Below are positions 10,143 through 21,541 of a DNA stretch of 64,000 nucleotides, one piece after another; position 1 is the first letter of the stretch, and every line of letters starts with the position of its first letter. Location: positions 3,968,001 through 4,032,000 of the forward strand of contig UYFQ01000001.1 in the NCBI GenBank assembly GCA_900617105.1, given 5' to 3'. The notes beneath the pieces are model-generated. The model was not told the origin of the DNA, did no database searches, and worked only from the letters and a program-made list of their open reading frames with translations. The stretch is from Hydrurus foetidus. Its lineage: Eukaryota. Position numbers and translations under genes: made by a program.

Positions 10143-11315
10143 CTAACGTTTTGCGTAAGCAGTCATGATTTTCCACTTGCCATCGGTGATTTGCGACAGG
10201 CGCGACAAATCGTTACCCAAGCGCTTCGTGGCGCTAAAAGTCATGGCCGGGCTGCCAAACATGTCCGGCTCAATGGTCATTGTGTCCATCGCCTTGATGA
10301 AGGTGTCCGTCGAAAGATTGGTGCCTGCTTTTTGTGCAGCCTTTGCAAAAGCGTCAATGAGCGAATAACCATAAACCGAAAACACCGTTGGATCTTCATT
10401 GAACTTGGTTTTGTACTTGTTGGCCCAAAAGCGGATGGGCTGCGCGGCCTCATCGAGGTAAGGGTGCTGCACGGTGTGCGCAGCGTACAAACCGTTCATG
10501 GCTGCTCCGCCGAGCTTGTGAATCAAATCGGTGTAAGAAGCACTGGAACCGATAAACGTTGGGTTGAACCCTGTTTTGCGGCTTTCGCCGATTGTGCCGA
10601 TAGTTTCCCGAATGATTGTGCCGAGCACCACCAAATCGCAGCCGGCAGCTTTCATTTTCGCAACCTGGCTTGAAAAGTCCGTCGCTCCGCGCTTGAAGCT
10701 GGTTTTTTCGACCAAAGTCATACCGGCGGTTTTAAGGCCTGCTTCTGCGCCGCGAAGCACTTCAAGACCGAAGTCATCGTCTTGGTAAATGGTGCAAACC
10801 TTCTTTGCGTTTTTTTCCTTGATCAGACCTGGAAGCAGCTCACGCATCTGGTCAAAGTAAGTCGCCGCAAAAGAATATTTCAGACGGTCAAGTGGCTCGT
10901 ACATTTCGCGCGCTGCCGTGATCGGAAAAAAGTTGATAACGTTTTTTTCAAACTGCACGGGCATTGATGCCAAATTTTGCGCTGTGCCCAAATGGCCAGC
11001 CATGATGAAAATTTTGTCTTGATTAACCAGCTTTTGCGCAGCTAATACCGCCTTCTTGGGGTCATAGCCGTCATCTTCAACAATCAGTTTGAGCTTGCGG
11101 CCATTGATGCCGCCTTGCTCATTGACTTCGTCAACTCGCAGCTGCATGCCTAAGCGAGACTGCTTGCCAAAGCCCGCAAGGGGGCCAGACTGGTCAAGAA
11201 TGGTGCCAATAATAATTTCGGTTTTGCTGATGCCTTGGCTTTGAGCAATGGATTGCGCTGAACACACTGCCACCACGCTGGCAAGCAGTGCTTGGGTAAG
11301 TTTAGAAAATTTCAT
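10143..11315 (-). CDS. HAAT/LivJ-like ABC transporter substrate-binding protein
   Basis: Signal peptide, GGINGRKL, DDGYDP, type I periplasmic binding protein pattern. Confidence 0.9.
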   Translation of the reverse strand: MKFSKLTQALLASVVAVCSAQSIAQSQGISKTEIIIGTILDQSGPLAGFGKQSRLGMQLRVDEVNEQGGINGRKLKLIVEDDGYDPKKAVLAAQKLVNQDKIFIMAGHLGTAQNLASMPVQFEKNVINFFPITAAREMYEPLDRLKYSFAATYFDQMRELLPGLIKEKNAKKVCTIYQDDDFGLEVLRGAEAGLKTAGMTLVEKTSFKRGATDFSSQVAKMKAAGCDLVVLGTIIRETIGTIGESRKTGFNPTFIGSSASYTDLIHKLGGAAMNGLYAAHTVQHPYLDEAAQPIRFWANKYKTKFNEDPTVFSVYGYSLIDAFAKAAQKAGTNLSTDTFIKAMDTMTIEPDMFGSPAMTFSATKRLGNDLSRLSQITDGKWKIMTAYAKR

Positions 11316-11347
11316 GATTTTTCTCCTTGTAAAAACACAGTAAAAAA

Positions 11348-13207
11348 CTAGCGGTACATGGCCTCAATTTGCGTGGCGTATTTGGTTTGCACCAACTTGC
11401 GCTTCAGCTTCATGGTGGGGGTAAGCTCTTCGTCTTCAGCGGACAGTTGAACGTCCATCAGCCAGAATTTTTTGATCTGCTCAACGCGGGCAAACTTCTT
11501 GTTGACTCGGTCAATGTCGTCTTGAATCAAGGTCTGCACAGGCGCGCTGTGCGTCAAGCTGGTGTAGTTGCTGAAAGGCACATCGTTGTCTTGCGCAAAC
11601 TTTTCAATGTTTTCCTGATCAATCATGATGATGCAGGTAAGGTACGGTTTTTTATCGCCGATAACCACTGCGTCGGTGATGTAGGGTGAAAACTTGAGTT
11701 CGTTTTCAAGCTCGCTGGGGGTGATGTTTTTCCCACCTGCAGTGATGATGATGTCTTTCATGCGGTCGGTAATTTTGAAGTAGCCGTCAGCATCTTGCGT
11801 GCCTACATCGCCGGTGTGCAGCCAGCCATCAGTATCTATTGCCTCGGCTGTTTTGTCTGGCAAGTTAAGGTAGCCCATGAACACATTGGTGCCGCGCACC
11901 AAAATTTCACCGTTCTCGGGGTCGATGCGCATTTCGCAGCCGTAGGACGGCTTGCCGATGGTGCCCGGTTTCATCCGTTCAATAGGCTGGGCGGAGCCCA
12001 TCGCGGTCGACTCAGTCATGCCGAAGCCCTCGAGCATGGGCAGCCCGAGCGCGAGGTACCAGCGTATTAAATCGGGGGCGATAGGGGCGGCACCTGTCAG
12101 CAAGTATTTGGCCTTGTTTATGCCGATCATTTTGCGAACGTTGTCAATAACTAAAACCCGCGCAATAGCGAACTTGATCTTTAGCCAAAATGTTTCGCCT
12201 TGCTGAGCCAATACCCGGTCGGCGATTTCTTGGCCAACGCCGATGCTCCAGGCGTAAACCATTTGCTGAATTTTCCCGGAGTCTTTTAGCGCGATCACAA
12301 TTCCAGAGTAAAACTTTTCCCACACGCGCGGAACCGCAAAAAACACAGAGGGTTGAATTTCCCGAACGTTTTCAGGGATGGTGTCGGGATTTTCAACAAA
12401 GTTTAAAACTGCGCCGTTGTAGATGGACGAATATGCGCCCAACATACGCTCGGCAATGTGGCACAAGGGCAAAAAGCACATGCGCTGGTCGTTCTTGGTC
12501 AGGGGGAACACCACGGCCAGGTTGCGCAGCGAACTCACCAACCCATGGTGGCTGTGCATCGCCCCTTTTGGCTTGCCCGTGGTGCCTGATGTGTAAACCA
12601 AAATTGCCAGGTCTTTTTCGCCTCTAGAGGCGACGCGTTCTTCCAGCAGCCCGGGCGCAAAGTCAGTTGGTACGCTGCCGAGTTTGCGCAGCGCCTCAAA
12701 GCTCATCACCATCGGGTCAGCAAATTGCTGCAAGCCGGTCATGTCCATCACGATGATGTGACGCAGCTTGGGCAGGCCAGATCGCACTTCAAGTGCTTTG
12801 TCAAGTTGCTCTTCGTCTTCTACAAACAAAATCGATGTGCTGGAGTCTTCGCACAGATAGGACACCTGCGACGCTGCGTCTGTGGGGTACACGCCGTTGG
12901 CAACGCCGCCCGCCGACAAAATAGCCAGATCAGCCAGCATCCACTCAACACGCGTGTTGGCCAAAATGCTGGCCGTGTCGCCCACGTTGAACCCAAGCGA
13001 CGTCAAGCCAAGTGCCAGCTCGCGCACGGCCTGACCCGATTGCCGCCATGTCCAGCTGCGCCAAATACCCAGTTCCTTTTGCCTGAGCCAAACGTCATCT
13101 TGGCGTTTTTCTACGCCATTCCAGAACATCGCCGGTATGGTGTCGCCTTCTAAGATAACGCGAGTGTTCGGCTCGGTAGGGCGGGTAAGGGTCCAAAGAT
13201 TTTGCAT
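11348..13207 (-). CDS. Long-chain fatty acyl-CoA synthetase (AMP-binding)
   Basis: YTSGTTGKPKG, GFGMTE, GWLHTGD, LTPTMKLKR. Confidence 0.92.
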   Translation of the reverse strand: MQNLWTLTRPTEPNTRVILEGDTIPAMFWNGVEKRQDDVWLRQKELGIWRSWTWRQSGQAVRELALGLTSLGFNVGDTASILANTRVEWMLADLAILSAGGVANGVYPTDAASQVSYLCEDSSTSILFVEDEEQLDKALEVRSGLPKLRHIIVMDMTGLQQFADPMVMSFEALRKLGSVPTDFAPGLLEERVASRGEKDLAILVYTSGTTGKPKGAMHSHHGLVSSLRNLAVVFPLTKNDQRMCFLPLCHIAERMLGAYSSIYNGAVLNFVENPDTIPENVREIQPSVFFAVPRVWEKFYSGIVIALKDSGKIQQMVYAWSIGVGQEIADRVLAQQGETFWLKIKFAIARVLVIDNVRKMIGINKAKYLLTGAAPIAPDLIRWYLALGLPMLEGFGMTESTAMGSAQPIERMKPGTIGKPSYGCEMRIDPENGEILVRGTNVFMGYLNLPDKTAEAIDTDGWLHTGDVGTQDADGYFKITDRMKDIIITAGGKNITPSELENELKFSPYITDAVVIGDKKPYLTCIIMIDQENIEKFAQDNDVPFSNYTSLTHSAPVQTLIQDDIDRVNKKFARVEQIKKFWLMDVQLSAEDEELTPTMKLKRKLVQTKYATQIEAMYR

Positions 13208-13214
13208 GTTGCTA

Positions 13215-14018
13215 CTACCGCCAATTTTTCTTTTTCTTCCAGCGCCGTTCCCCGCGGACGCTGTCTTCTTTCAAGCCAAGGTAAAACTCTTTGATGTCGT
13301 CTTTTTCGCGCAGCTTGTCGCAGCTGTCTTCCATCACAATACGGCCGTTTTCCAGAACATAGCCATAGTCAGATGCATTCAACGCCATGTTTGCGTTTTG
13401 CTCGACCAGCAAGATGGTGGTGCCGCGCTCACGGTTGATACGCACCACAATCTCAAATATTTCTTTGGTGAGTTTGGGCGACAAGCCCAGGCTGGGTTCA
13501 TCCAGCAAAATCAAGTCTGGCCGGGCCATCAGGGCGCGGGAGATTGACAGCATTTGCTGCTGCCCGCCCGACAGCAAACCGGCGTCTTGTGCGGCACGCT
13601 CTTTCAAAATCGGAAAGTAGCCAAACACTGTTTCCATGTCTGTTGCCACGCCATCGCGGTCAGACCGGGTGTAAGCGCCCATCAGCAAGTTGTCCCGCAC
13701 CGACAGCAAGGGGAACACTTCACGACCTTCGGGCACATGCGACAAACCGCTTTTGACAATGACCCCAGGGTCAGCAGAGGTGATGTCGTGACCCTTAAAT
13801 GCAATGCTGCCTTTGCGTGGGTCAATGATGCCGCTGATAGTCTTTAAAATGGTGCTTTTGCCAGCACCGTTGCTGCCCAAAACAGTCGCAATTTCACCCT
13901 TGCGCACTTGAAGGCTGACCCCGCGAATCGCTTTGATTGGGCCGTACGCGCTTTCAACATTAAGCAGCTTAAGTATGGGCTCTGCCGCTCCGATGGTCGA
14001 TGCTGCAATAACGCTCAT
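13215..14018 (-). CDS. ABC ATPase, LivF-like
   Basis: GSNGAGKST, LSGGQQQM, LLDEPSLGL. Confidence 0.92.
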   Translation of the reverse strand: MSVIAASTIGAAEPILKLLNVESAYGPIKAIRGVSLQVRKGEIATVLGSNGAGKSTILKTISGIIDPRKGSIAFKGHDITSADPGVIVKSGLSHVPEGREVFPLLSVRDNLLMGAYTRSDRDGVATDMETVFGYFPILKERAAQDAGLLSGGQQQMLSISRALMARPDLILLDEPSLGLSPKLTKEIFEIVVRINRERGTTILLVEQNANMALNASDYGYVLENGRIVMEDSCDKLREKDDIKEFYLGLKEDSVRGERRWKKKKNWR

Positions 14019-14839
14019 GCTGCTACCCGCCGCAAGTTGCTGACGTCATCTACCGAGCCCAAATAGGCCTCAATCACGCCGGGGTGAGTTTGAACTTCGC
14101 GCGGCGTACCCAGCGCAAGCACTTCGCCCTGGCTCATGGCCAGCACGCGGTTTGACACCTTCGACACCAGCGACATGTCGTGCTCCACCATCAGCACGGT
14201 AATGCCGAGTTCCCGCTGAATGTCTTGAATCCAAAAGGCCATGTCGTCTGTTTCTTCAACATTCAGCCCCGACGAAGGCTCATCAAGCAGCAACAGCTTG
14301 GGCTCTGCACACAAGGCCCGCGCCAGCTCAACGACTTTGCGCACGCCGTAAGGCAGGCCAGCAACCATCGTGTCGCGGTAGTGCTGCAAGTCAAGCAGCT
14401 CAATGGTGTGTTCAACTTTTTCTCGGGCGGCAACTTCTGACGCGCGGGTGGTAGGCGTGAAAAACATCTCGCGCCACAAGCTGCTGAGCGATTCTTTTGC
14501 GCGCTGGGTGTGCTGGCCAACCAGCAGGTTGTGCAATACGCTGGCATGCTCGAACAGCTCAATGTTTTGGAAGGTTCGAGCTATGCCGAGCTTGGCTATT
14601 GCGTGGGCAGGTAAGCGCAAAAGATCTTGGCCTTCAAAGCTCAAGCTGCCTGATGTCGGTGTGTAAATTCGGCTGATCAGATTGAACACGGTTGTTTTGC
14701 CGGCACCGTTGGGCCCAATCAAGGTGAACACCTCGCCCTGCTTGACATCAAAGCTGACTCTATTAACGGCCAACACACCACCAAAGCGAATGCTGAGGTC
14801 TTTGACCTGCAGCATGAAAGGGGTAGGTGCAGTCGTCAT
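14015..14839 (-). CDS. ABC ATPase, LivG-like
   Basis: GPNGAGKTT, LPYG, LLDEP, VIEAYLG. Confidence 0.92.
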   Translation of the reverse strand: MTTAPTPFMLQVKDLSIRFGGVLAVNRVSFDVKQGEVFTLIGPNGAGKTTVFNLISRIYTPTSGSLSFEGQDLLRLPAHAIAKLGIARTFQNIELFEHASVLHNLLVGQHTQRAKESLSSLWREMFFTPTTRASEVAAREKVEHTIELLDLQHYRDTMVAGLPYGVRKVVELARALCAEPKLLLLDEPSSGLNVEETDDMAFWIQDIQRELGITVLMVEHDMSLVSKVSNRVLAMSQGEVLALGTPREVQTHPGVIEAYLGSVDDVSNLRRVAA

Positions 14840-15912
14840 TTCAATCTATCCGACTTCTGAAAGGTTTTTTGCCGCTTGAACATGCCCTTGCGATAAAACG
14901 GGAACAACTGAATGTAGGCCCGCACTTTGAGCCACCGGCCGTAAAGCCCATAGGGTTCGAACAACACAAAACCTATCAAAACCGCGCCATAAACCACGGC
15001 CTGAAGACCCGGCGCCTGCCCAATAGTGCCCGGCAGGTAGCCTTTGAAAAGCGAGATCAGTTGCGGCATCAGAATCAAAAACATAGCTCCCAAAAACGCG
15101 CCGTGTACCGAGCCAAGGCCGCCAATAACGATCATTAAAAGCAAATCAATCGACTGCAAAATATTGAACTGGTCGGGGGAAATGAATCGCAGTTTATGCG
15201 CGTACAGCGCGCCGCCAATACCAGCCAGTGCCGCCGACACAGCAAACGACAGCGTTTTGTAGCGTGCCAAATTAATTCCCATGCTTTGCGCAGAAATTTC
15301 GGAGTCCCGAATGGCCACAAAGGCACGCCCCGTGGGTGAGCGCAACACGTTAAGTACCGCCAGCGTACACACCACCGCGATGATCAAACACAAGAAGTAA
15401 AAGCTGTCGCCAGTGTCGGCCTTGAACCAGTAAAAATCGGGCGCTTTCAGGTTTTTTCCGGCGTTGCCGCCGGTCACGCTTTCCCAGCGCGCAAATACTT
15501 CTTCAACAATAAAACCAAATGAAAGCGTGGCCATGCCGAGGTAAATGCCCTTTACTCGCAGCGCTGGCAGACCCACCACCACGCCAACCATTGCCGACAG
15601 TGCAGCTGAAAATGCCAGCGCAATCGGAAACGGCACGCCTGCACCCGTCAGCACGGCTTGGGTGTAGGCACCCACGCCAAGAAACGCGGCATGGCCGAGC
15701 GAGAAAAGACCCGTGAAGCCAGCCAGCAGCATCAAACCCAATCCCACAATCGCATAAATCAATACAAAAGTAAGCTGCGCCAGCCAGTACTCGGGAACCA
15801 CCCACGGCGCGACAAGCAGGGCAGCGATCAGCAGGCCATACCAAACCACATGCCCGCTGTGTTTTGCCAGATCAATGTCCTGGGCATAGTCGGTTTTAAA
15901 AATGAATCGCAT
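14836..15912 (-). CDS. ABC permease, LivM-like
   Basis: SLGHAAFLGVGAY, GRAFVAIRD, GGLGS. Confidence 0.9.
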   Translation of the reverse strand: MRFIFKTDYAQDIDLAKHSGHVVWYGLLIAALLVAPWVVPEYWLAQLTFVLIYAIVGLGLMLLAGFTGLFSLGHAAFLGVGAYTQAVLTGAGVPFPIALAFSAALSAMVGVVVGLPALRVKGIYLGMATLSFGFIVEEVFARWESVTGGNAGKNLKAPDFYWFKADTGDSFYFLCLIIAVVCTLAVLNVLRSPTGRAFVAIRDSEISAQSMGINLARYKTLSFAVSAALAGIGGALYAHKLRFISPDQFNILQSIDLLLMIVIGGLGSVHGAFLGAMFLILMPQLISLFKGYLPGTIGQAPGLQAVVYGAVLIGFVLFEPYGLYGRWLKVRAYIQLFPFYRKGMFKRQKTFQKSDRLK

Positions 15913-15944
15913 GGGTTTTAGATAGAGGGTGCGTGGCGTGATGG

Positions 15945-16820
15945 CTAAACTTTTTTGCGAAGCTGGCCGCCGAACAAGCCATTCGGTTTGACCATCAGCA
16001 TGATCAGCACCACGATGTAGGCGGCGATGTCTTTAAAGCCATCAGGCAAGTAAAAACCCGACAGCGACTCAACAATACCAATCACCAGCCCGCCCACAAT
16101 CGCGCCGGGCAAGCTGCCGAAGCCCCCCACTACGGCTGCGGGAAAAGCTTTCAGCCCGATAAACCCCATGTTGGCGTGCACGAATGTGATGGGCGCCAGC
16201 AGCAAGCCCGCTACGGCGGCCACAACGGCGGCCAAACCCCACACCAGCCCATTAATGCGCTGCACAGGAATGCCCATGTAGTAAGCAGCAAGTTGATTTT
16301 GCGACGCCGCCTGCATAGCAACACCGAGCTTGCTGTATTTAAACAGCGCGAAAAGCAACCCGCACAGTAGCACTGTCACGGCAATGACTACCAGTTGTTC
16401 AGCGCTCAAAATCAAGCCGCCCAGCCCCAGCACCTCGTCTTTGTAGGGCACTGGCAAGGTATGGGTTTCAGTACCAATGTTTGGAATCATGGTGATCAGA
16501 CCGCGCAGTACGTAGCCAATGCCGATGGTCAACATCACAATTGAAAAGGCGGGCTGACCCAAAATTGGGCGAATGACGGCGCGCTCCAGCAGCACGCCAA
16601 ACAGGGCCATGGCGGTGATGCTGGCCACGATGGCAATCCAGAACGGCTGGCCCAGAAAAGTCATGACACCCAGGCCGCAAAATGCGCCCAGCATCATGAG
16701 CTCGCCCTGCGCAAAGCTCACGGTTTCGGTAGCTTTGTAGATAAGCACAAAACCCAGCGCTATCAGGCCGTAAATGCAGCCCTGTGCGATACCGCTGATG
16801 ACCAATTGCAAAAATTGCAC
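15945..16820 (-). CDS. ABC permease, LivH-like (probable GTG start)
   Basis: GCIYGLIALG, FAQGEL, GGFGS, KPNGLFG. Confidence 0.9.
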   Translation of the reverse strand: MQFLQLVISGIAQGCIYGLIALGFVLIYKATETVSFAQGELMMLGAFCGLGVMTFLGQPFWIAIVASITAMALFGVLLERAVIRPILGQPAFSIVMLTIGIGYVLRGLITMIPNIGTETHTLPVPYKDEVLGLGGLILSAEQLVVIAVTVLLCGLLFALFKYSKLGVAMQAASQNQLAAYYMGIPVQRINGLVWGLAAVVAAVAGLLLAPITFVHANMGFIGLKAFPAAVVGGFGSLPGAIVGGLVIGIVESLSGFYLPDGFKDIAAYIVVLIMLMVKPNGLFGGQLRKKV

Positions 16821-16919
16821 GTTAAAAATACCTTTGTTTTTTATGCTTTGTTTGACGGGTAAGTTTAGAAACAGTTCGCTGATCGCCACACGGTGCAAAC
16901 CCTCGCCAGCAATGCCCAA

Positions 16920-19073
16920 TCAAGCGGATTGAAATTTTTTAAGCGTTGGAATAACGTCGTGGGTTATCGCAAAGCCAGCCCCGTGCGAATCAGCAAGCGT
17001 TTTTGCTCTGGCGGCAAACGCGTCTACACCTGTTGAGTAGATAAATTGCAGCGCTCCCCCAGTCCAGGCGGGAAATCCAATGCCGAAAATAGAACCAATG
17101 TTTGCATCGTGCACCGAAGACAACACGCCTTCGTGCAGGCAGCGTGCGGTTTCAATGGCTTGCCGGTAAAGAAATCGGTCTTTCAGTTCTTGCATGTCAA
17201 AACCAGCACTGGGTTTTTCAAATACCTTTTTCAAGCCTGTCCACAGCACTTTTTTGCCGCCGCTCGGGTAGTCGTAAAAACCGCCCGACCCGCCTTTAAG
17301 CGCTGCTGCGCGGCCACCGCGGCGAAGTTCTTTGACCATACGTTCCACCAGCAGCTCACCGGCTGTTGCTGTGTATGTCTTACCTTCCGCTAATAAATCA
17401 GCGCGGGTTTGGTCGAGCACGTGCACGCTCAGCGTTAAAGATGTTTCGTCTAAAACCGCTAACGGGCCAACTGGCATGCCAGCTTGCATGGCGGCCTGTT
17501 CAATCACAGGCGCGGCTATGCCTTCGCTCAGCATGGCCGCACCCTCCATGACGAAAGTGCCAAAAGTCCGGCTGGTGTAAAAGCCGCGTGAATCATTGAC
17601 CACAATCGGAATTTTGCCCAGGGCTTGCACGTAGTCGAACGCGCGCGCTACGGTTTCGTCATCGGTCTGCTTGCCCCGAATAATTTCAACCAGCTGCATT
17701 TTGTCGACGGGGCTGAAAAAATGAATGCCAATAAATTTTTCTGGCTTGGCACTGGCCAGCGCCAGGCCAGAGATGGGAAGCGTGGAGGTATTGCTTGCAA
17801 AAAAGCCGCCATCAGCGAGCTGCACCTGTGCTTCTTGCGTCACTGCCGCTTTCAAGTCGCGTTGCTCAAACACCGCTTCAATGATCAAGTCGCAACCGCT
17901 TAAATCGCTGACTTGAGTGGTTGCCGTGATGCGGTCAAGCAAAGTTTTTTGCTCGGCCGGCGTCATGCGATTTTTGTCAACGCGTGCTTGGGTTAGCTTG
18001 GCGCTGTACGCTTTGCCCGCGTCGGCTGCTGGCTGGCTGACATCCTTTAGCACCGTGGTGATTGCGCGACTTGCTTGCACGTAGGCAATGCCCGCACCCA
18101 TCATGCCCGCGCCCAGCACGCCTACCTTCTGCGGTTTGTAGCGCGGCACGCCCTGCGGCCTGCTTTGCCCGCTTTTAACTGCATTCATGTTGAAGAAGAA
18201 CGTGTTGATCATGTTCTTGGCGACCGGCCCCACCATTACTTTGGCAAGATACCGGCTTTCAATGCGCAAAGCAGTATCAAAGTCAACCTGCGCGCCTTCC
18301 ACCATGGCGCAAAGTGCAGCCTCTGGGGCGGGGTACAGGCCACGGGTTTTTTGCTTCAGCATGGCTGGCGCAACGCTGAGTGCTGCAGCAATTTTGGGGT
18401 TGCTGGGTGTGCCGCCCGGCATTTTGTAGTCTTTGGCGTCCCACGGTTGCGCGGATTGCGGATGAGCCGCAATAAACGCAAGTGCCTTGCTGCGCAGCTG
18501 GATTGCGTCGCTCACCAACTCGTGCACCAACCCGAGCGCGAGTGCTTCTGCGGGGTTGAACAACTTGCCTTCCAGCAAGTAAGGCTGCGCGCCTAACAAG
18601 CCCAGCAGGCGCGTCATTTTGGTAATCCCGCTTGCGCCCGGAATCAAGCCCAGCGTAACCTCTGGCAAGCCAAACTGAATTTTGGGGTTGTCTACCGCAA
18701 CCCTGTGGTGCCCGACCAGCGCCAGTTCCCAGCCGCCGCCAAGTGCCGTGCCGTTTAAACAGCTCACGACTGGCAAGCCAAGGGTTTCGAGCGTGCGAAA
18801 GTTCTTTTTGACCAGCTCAATTTCGTCGTACACCAAGCTGACCTGCTCGGGCTGCAAAGCCAGCGTCGCTTTCAGGTCTGCGCCCGCAAAAAATGTGGTT
18901 TTGTTTGACGCCAGTACGATGCCTCTAATGAGGGCTTTGTCTCGCAGAACTAATGCGGTCGCCTCAGTCAAGTCAGCCTGCCACTGCGCGCACATGGTGT
19001 TGACCGGAGAGTTGGGCTCGTCAAACGTCAGGGTAGCGATGCCCGCATTCAATTCGTAAAGGATAGTTTTCAT
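16920..19073 (-). CDS. Enoyl-CoA hydratase/3-hydroxyacyl-CoA dehydrogenase (FadB/FadJ-like)
   Basis: FFAGADL, ALGGGWE, LPEVTLG, GAGMMG, SNTS, IHFFSP. Confidence 0.93.
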   Translation of the reverse strand: MKTILYELNAGIATLTFDEPNSPVNTMCAQWQADLTEATALVLRDKALIRGIVLASNKTTFFAGADLKATLALQPEQVSLVYDEIELVKKNFRTLETLGLPVVSCLNGTALGGGWELALVGHHRVAVDNPKIQFGLPEVTLGLIPGASGITKMTRLLGLLGAQPYLLEGKLFNPAEALALGLVHELVSDAIQLRSKALAFIAAHPQSAQPWDAKDYKMPGGTPSNPKIAAALSVAPAMLKQKTRGLYPAPEAALCAMVEGAQVDFDTALRIESRYLAKVMVGPVAKNMINTFFFNMNAVKSGQSRPQGVPRYKPQKVGVLGAGMMGAGIAYVQASRAITTVLKDVSQPAADAGKAYSAKLTQARVDKNRMTPAEQKTLLDRITATTQVSDLSGCDLIIEAVFEQRDLKAAVTQEAQVQLADGGFFASNTSTLPISGLALASAKPEKFIGIHFFSPVDKMQLVEIIRGKQTDDETVARAFDYVQALGKIPIVVNDSRGFYTSRTFGTFVMEGAAMLSEGIAAPVIEQAAMQAGMPVGPLAVLDETSLTLSVHVLDQTRADLLAEGKTYTATAGELLVERMVKELRRGGRAAALKGGSGGFYDYPSGGKKVLWTGLKKVFEKPSAGFDMQELKDRFLYRQAIETARCLHEGVLSSVHDANIGSIFGIGFPAWTGGALQFIYSTGVDAFAARAKTLADSHGAGFAITHDVIPTLKKFQSA

Positions 19074-20278
19074 CAAAGCGCCTCGACAATCGTGGCAATG
19101 CCCATACCACCGCCTACGCACAAAGTGGCCAGACCGTAGCGCAACTGGCGCCTGTGCAACTCATCAATTAGCGTGGCCAAAATCATTGCGCCGGTAGCGC
19201 CCAGCGGGTGGCCCATGGCAATCGCGCCACCATTCACGTTGACTTTTTCATGCGGCACGTTGAGCTCTTTCAGGAATCGCATCGGCACAGCGGCAAACGC
19301 CTCATTGACTTCAAAAAGATCAATTTGCTCAATTGTTAGCCCTGCTTTAGCCAGTGCCTTGCGCGCGGCAGGCACTGGGCCGGTCAGCATGATGGTGGGG
19401 TCGGCGCCGCTCACGGCTACAGCCACAATGCGGGCTTTTGGCGTTAACTTATGCACCTTGCCAGCGGCTTGGGAGCCAATCAGCACCGCCGCCGCTCCGT
19501 CGACAATGCCCGACGAATTGCCCGCATGATGCACATGAATGATGCGCTCTACTGCCGGGTACTTGGCAAGCGCCACGGCGTCAAAACCCATCGCGCCAAG
19601 TTGCTCAAACGAAGGCTTTAAAGCGCCCAAACCTTCGATCGTGGTGTGCGGCTTGATGAACTCGTCGGCATCCAAAATGGTTTGGCCCAAGAAATCTTTT
19701 ACCGCCACGATGGAGCCCGAAAAGTAGCCGTTGCTGCGAGCGTGCGCGGCGCGGCGTTGTGATTCCACTGCAAAAGCATCAACGTCGGCCCGGCTGTAGC
19801 CATCAATGGTGGCGATCAAATCCGCACCTATGCCTTGCGGCACAAAGTTGGTGGCGCTGTTGGTCTCGGGGTCTTGCGCCCATGCGCCTCCGTCAGAGCC
19901 AATCGGCACGCGGCTCATGCTTTCAACGCCGCCTGCCACCACCAGGTCTTCCCAGCCGGAGCGCACTTTTTGCGCTGCCAGGTTCACGGCCTCAAGGCCC
20001 GATGCGCAAAACCTGTTTAATTGCACGCCTGAACAGCGGAAGTCCCACCCGGCTTTCAGTGCCGCTACTTTGGCAATCACTGAGCCTTGCTCGCCGATGG
20101 GTGACACCACGCCCATGACTACATCGTCTACCAGCGCGGTGTCAAACTGGTTGCGGCGCTGCAGCTCAGTCAATACCCCAGCCAATAAATTGACGGGCTT
20201 GACTTCGTGCAGGCTGCCGTCTTTTTTGCCTTTGCCGCGAGGAGTGCGAATCGCGTCGTAGATGAAAGCCTCAAGCAT
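19073..20278 (-). CDS. Acetyl-CoA C-acyltransferase (thiolase)
   Basis: [26 protein letters not shown]. Confidence 0.95.
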   Translation of the reverse strand: MLEAFIYDAIRTPRGKGKKDGSLHEVKPVNLLAGVLTELQRRNQFDTALVDDVVMGVVSPIGEQGSVIAKVAALKAGWDFRCSGVQLNRFCASGLEAVNLAAQKVRSGWEDLVVAGGVESMSRVPIGSDGGAWAQDPETNSATNFVPQGIGADLIATIDGYSRADVDAFAVESQRRAAHARSNGYFSGSIVAVKDFLGQTILDADEFIKPHTTIEGLGALKPSFEQLGAMGFDAVALAKYPAVERIIHVHHAGNSSGIVDGAAAVLIGSQAAGKVHKLTPKARIVAVAVSGADPTIMLTGPVPAARKALAKAGLTIEQIDLFEVNEAFAAVPMRFLKELNVPHEKVNVNGGAIAMGHPLGATGAMILATLIDELHRRQLRYGLATLCVGGGMGIATIVEAL

Positions 20279-20332
20279 GTCATTTACCTTTTCGGTGGTG
20301 CAAACTTTGAGCGTGAAGTATATTTGCACACT

Positions 20333-21490
20333 ATGATTACACGCACTCTGTTTACCCCCGATCATGTTGCTTTTGGCGACAGTTTTCAGCGCTTTATTGA
20401 CCACGAAATTGCACCGCACCATGCTGCCTGGGAAGACCAAGGCTACGTGAACAAAGATGTTTGGCGCAGCGCCGGCGCAAATGGGTTCTTGTGCATGTCG
20501 ATGCCCGAGGCGTATGGCGGCTCGGGTGCTGACAAGCTTTACAGCGTGCTGCAAATGGAGGCTTTGGGCAGGGCGGGCTTCAGCGGTATTGGGTACGGCT
20601 TGCACACTGAAATCATCGCGCCGTATTTCTTGCACTACGGCACAGACGCCCAAAAAGCGCACTACTTGCCCAAAATGGCAACCGGCGAGATGGTAGGCGC
20701 CATCGCCATGACCGAGCCCGGCGCGGGTAGCGACCTGCAGGGCTTGACTACCACCGCACTTTTGCAACCGGACGGCAGCTATCTGCTCAATGGCAGCAAG
20801 ACTTACATTACCAACGGCTGGCATTCAGACGTGGTGATTGTGGTCGCCAAAACCAACCCGGCAGCGGGCGGCAAGGGCACGAGTTTGTTGATTGTTGAGC
20901 GCGGTATGGCGGGCTTTACCAAAGGCAAGCCACTTAAAAAGCTGGGCCTGAAAGCGCAGGACACCTGCGAGCTGTTTTTTGACAACGTGCACGTGCCCGC
21001 AGCAAACCTGCTGGGCGGACAAGATTTCGAAAATCGCGGCTTTATCTGCCTGATGGAGCAACTGCCTTGGGAGCGTTTACAAATTGCCATTACGGCGGTG
21101 TCTTCAGCGCAAGCTGCTATTGATTGGACTATTGATTACGTCAAGCAGCGCCAGGTGTTTGGCAAAACTGTGGCCAGCTACCAAAACACCCGATTCACGC
21201 TGGCCGAATTGCAAACTGAAGTGCAGGTAGCGCAAGTGTTTGTGGACAAGTGCATTGAGCTGGTGATAGCCGACAAGCTGGATACGGCTACTGCCAGCAT
21301 GGCCAAGTACTGGACCACTGACTTGCAATGCAAAGTGATGGATGAATGTGTACAGCTGCACGGCGGCGCGGGCTATATGTGGGACTACCCGATAACCCGG
21401 GCTTATGCCGACGCGCGGGTGCAGCGAATCTACGGCGGCACGAACGAGATCATGAAAGAGGTGATTTCACGGTCTATCGGCTTGGGTTGA
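20333..21490 (+). CDS. Acyl-CoA dehydrogenase (long-chain type)
   Basis: [35 protein letters not shown]. Confidence 0.93.
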   Translation: MITRTLFTPDHVAFGDSFQRFIDHEIAPHHAAWEDQGYVNKDVWRSAGANGFLCMSMPEAYGGSGADKLYSVLQMEALGRAGFSGIGYGLHTEIIAPYFLHYGTDAQKAHYLPKMATGEMVGAIAMTEPGAGSDLQGLTTTALLQPDGSYLLNGSKTYITNGWHSDVVIVVAKTNPAAGGKGTSLLIVERGMAGFTKGKPLKKLGLKAQDTCELFFDNVHVPAANLLGGQDFENRGFICLMEQLPWERLQIAITAVSSAQAAIDWTIDYVKQRQVFGKTVASYQNTRFTLAELQTEVQVAQVFVDKCIELVIADKLDTATASMAKYWTTDLQCKVMDECVQLHGGAGYMWDYPITRAYADARVQRIYGGTNEIMKEVISRSIGLG

Positions 21491-21541
21491 GCCTTGCTGC
21501 GCAGAGTTGCACTGCGTTGCCTCGCTAAAATTGCCACCATC

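Noticed and set aside
20279..20824. 583-aa thiolase ORF with a long N-terminal extension
   Set aside because: The extension is the antisense shadow of the divergent acyl-CoA dehydrogenase; thiolase similarity starts at MLEAFIY (20278).
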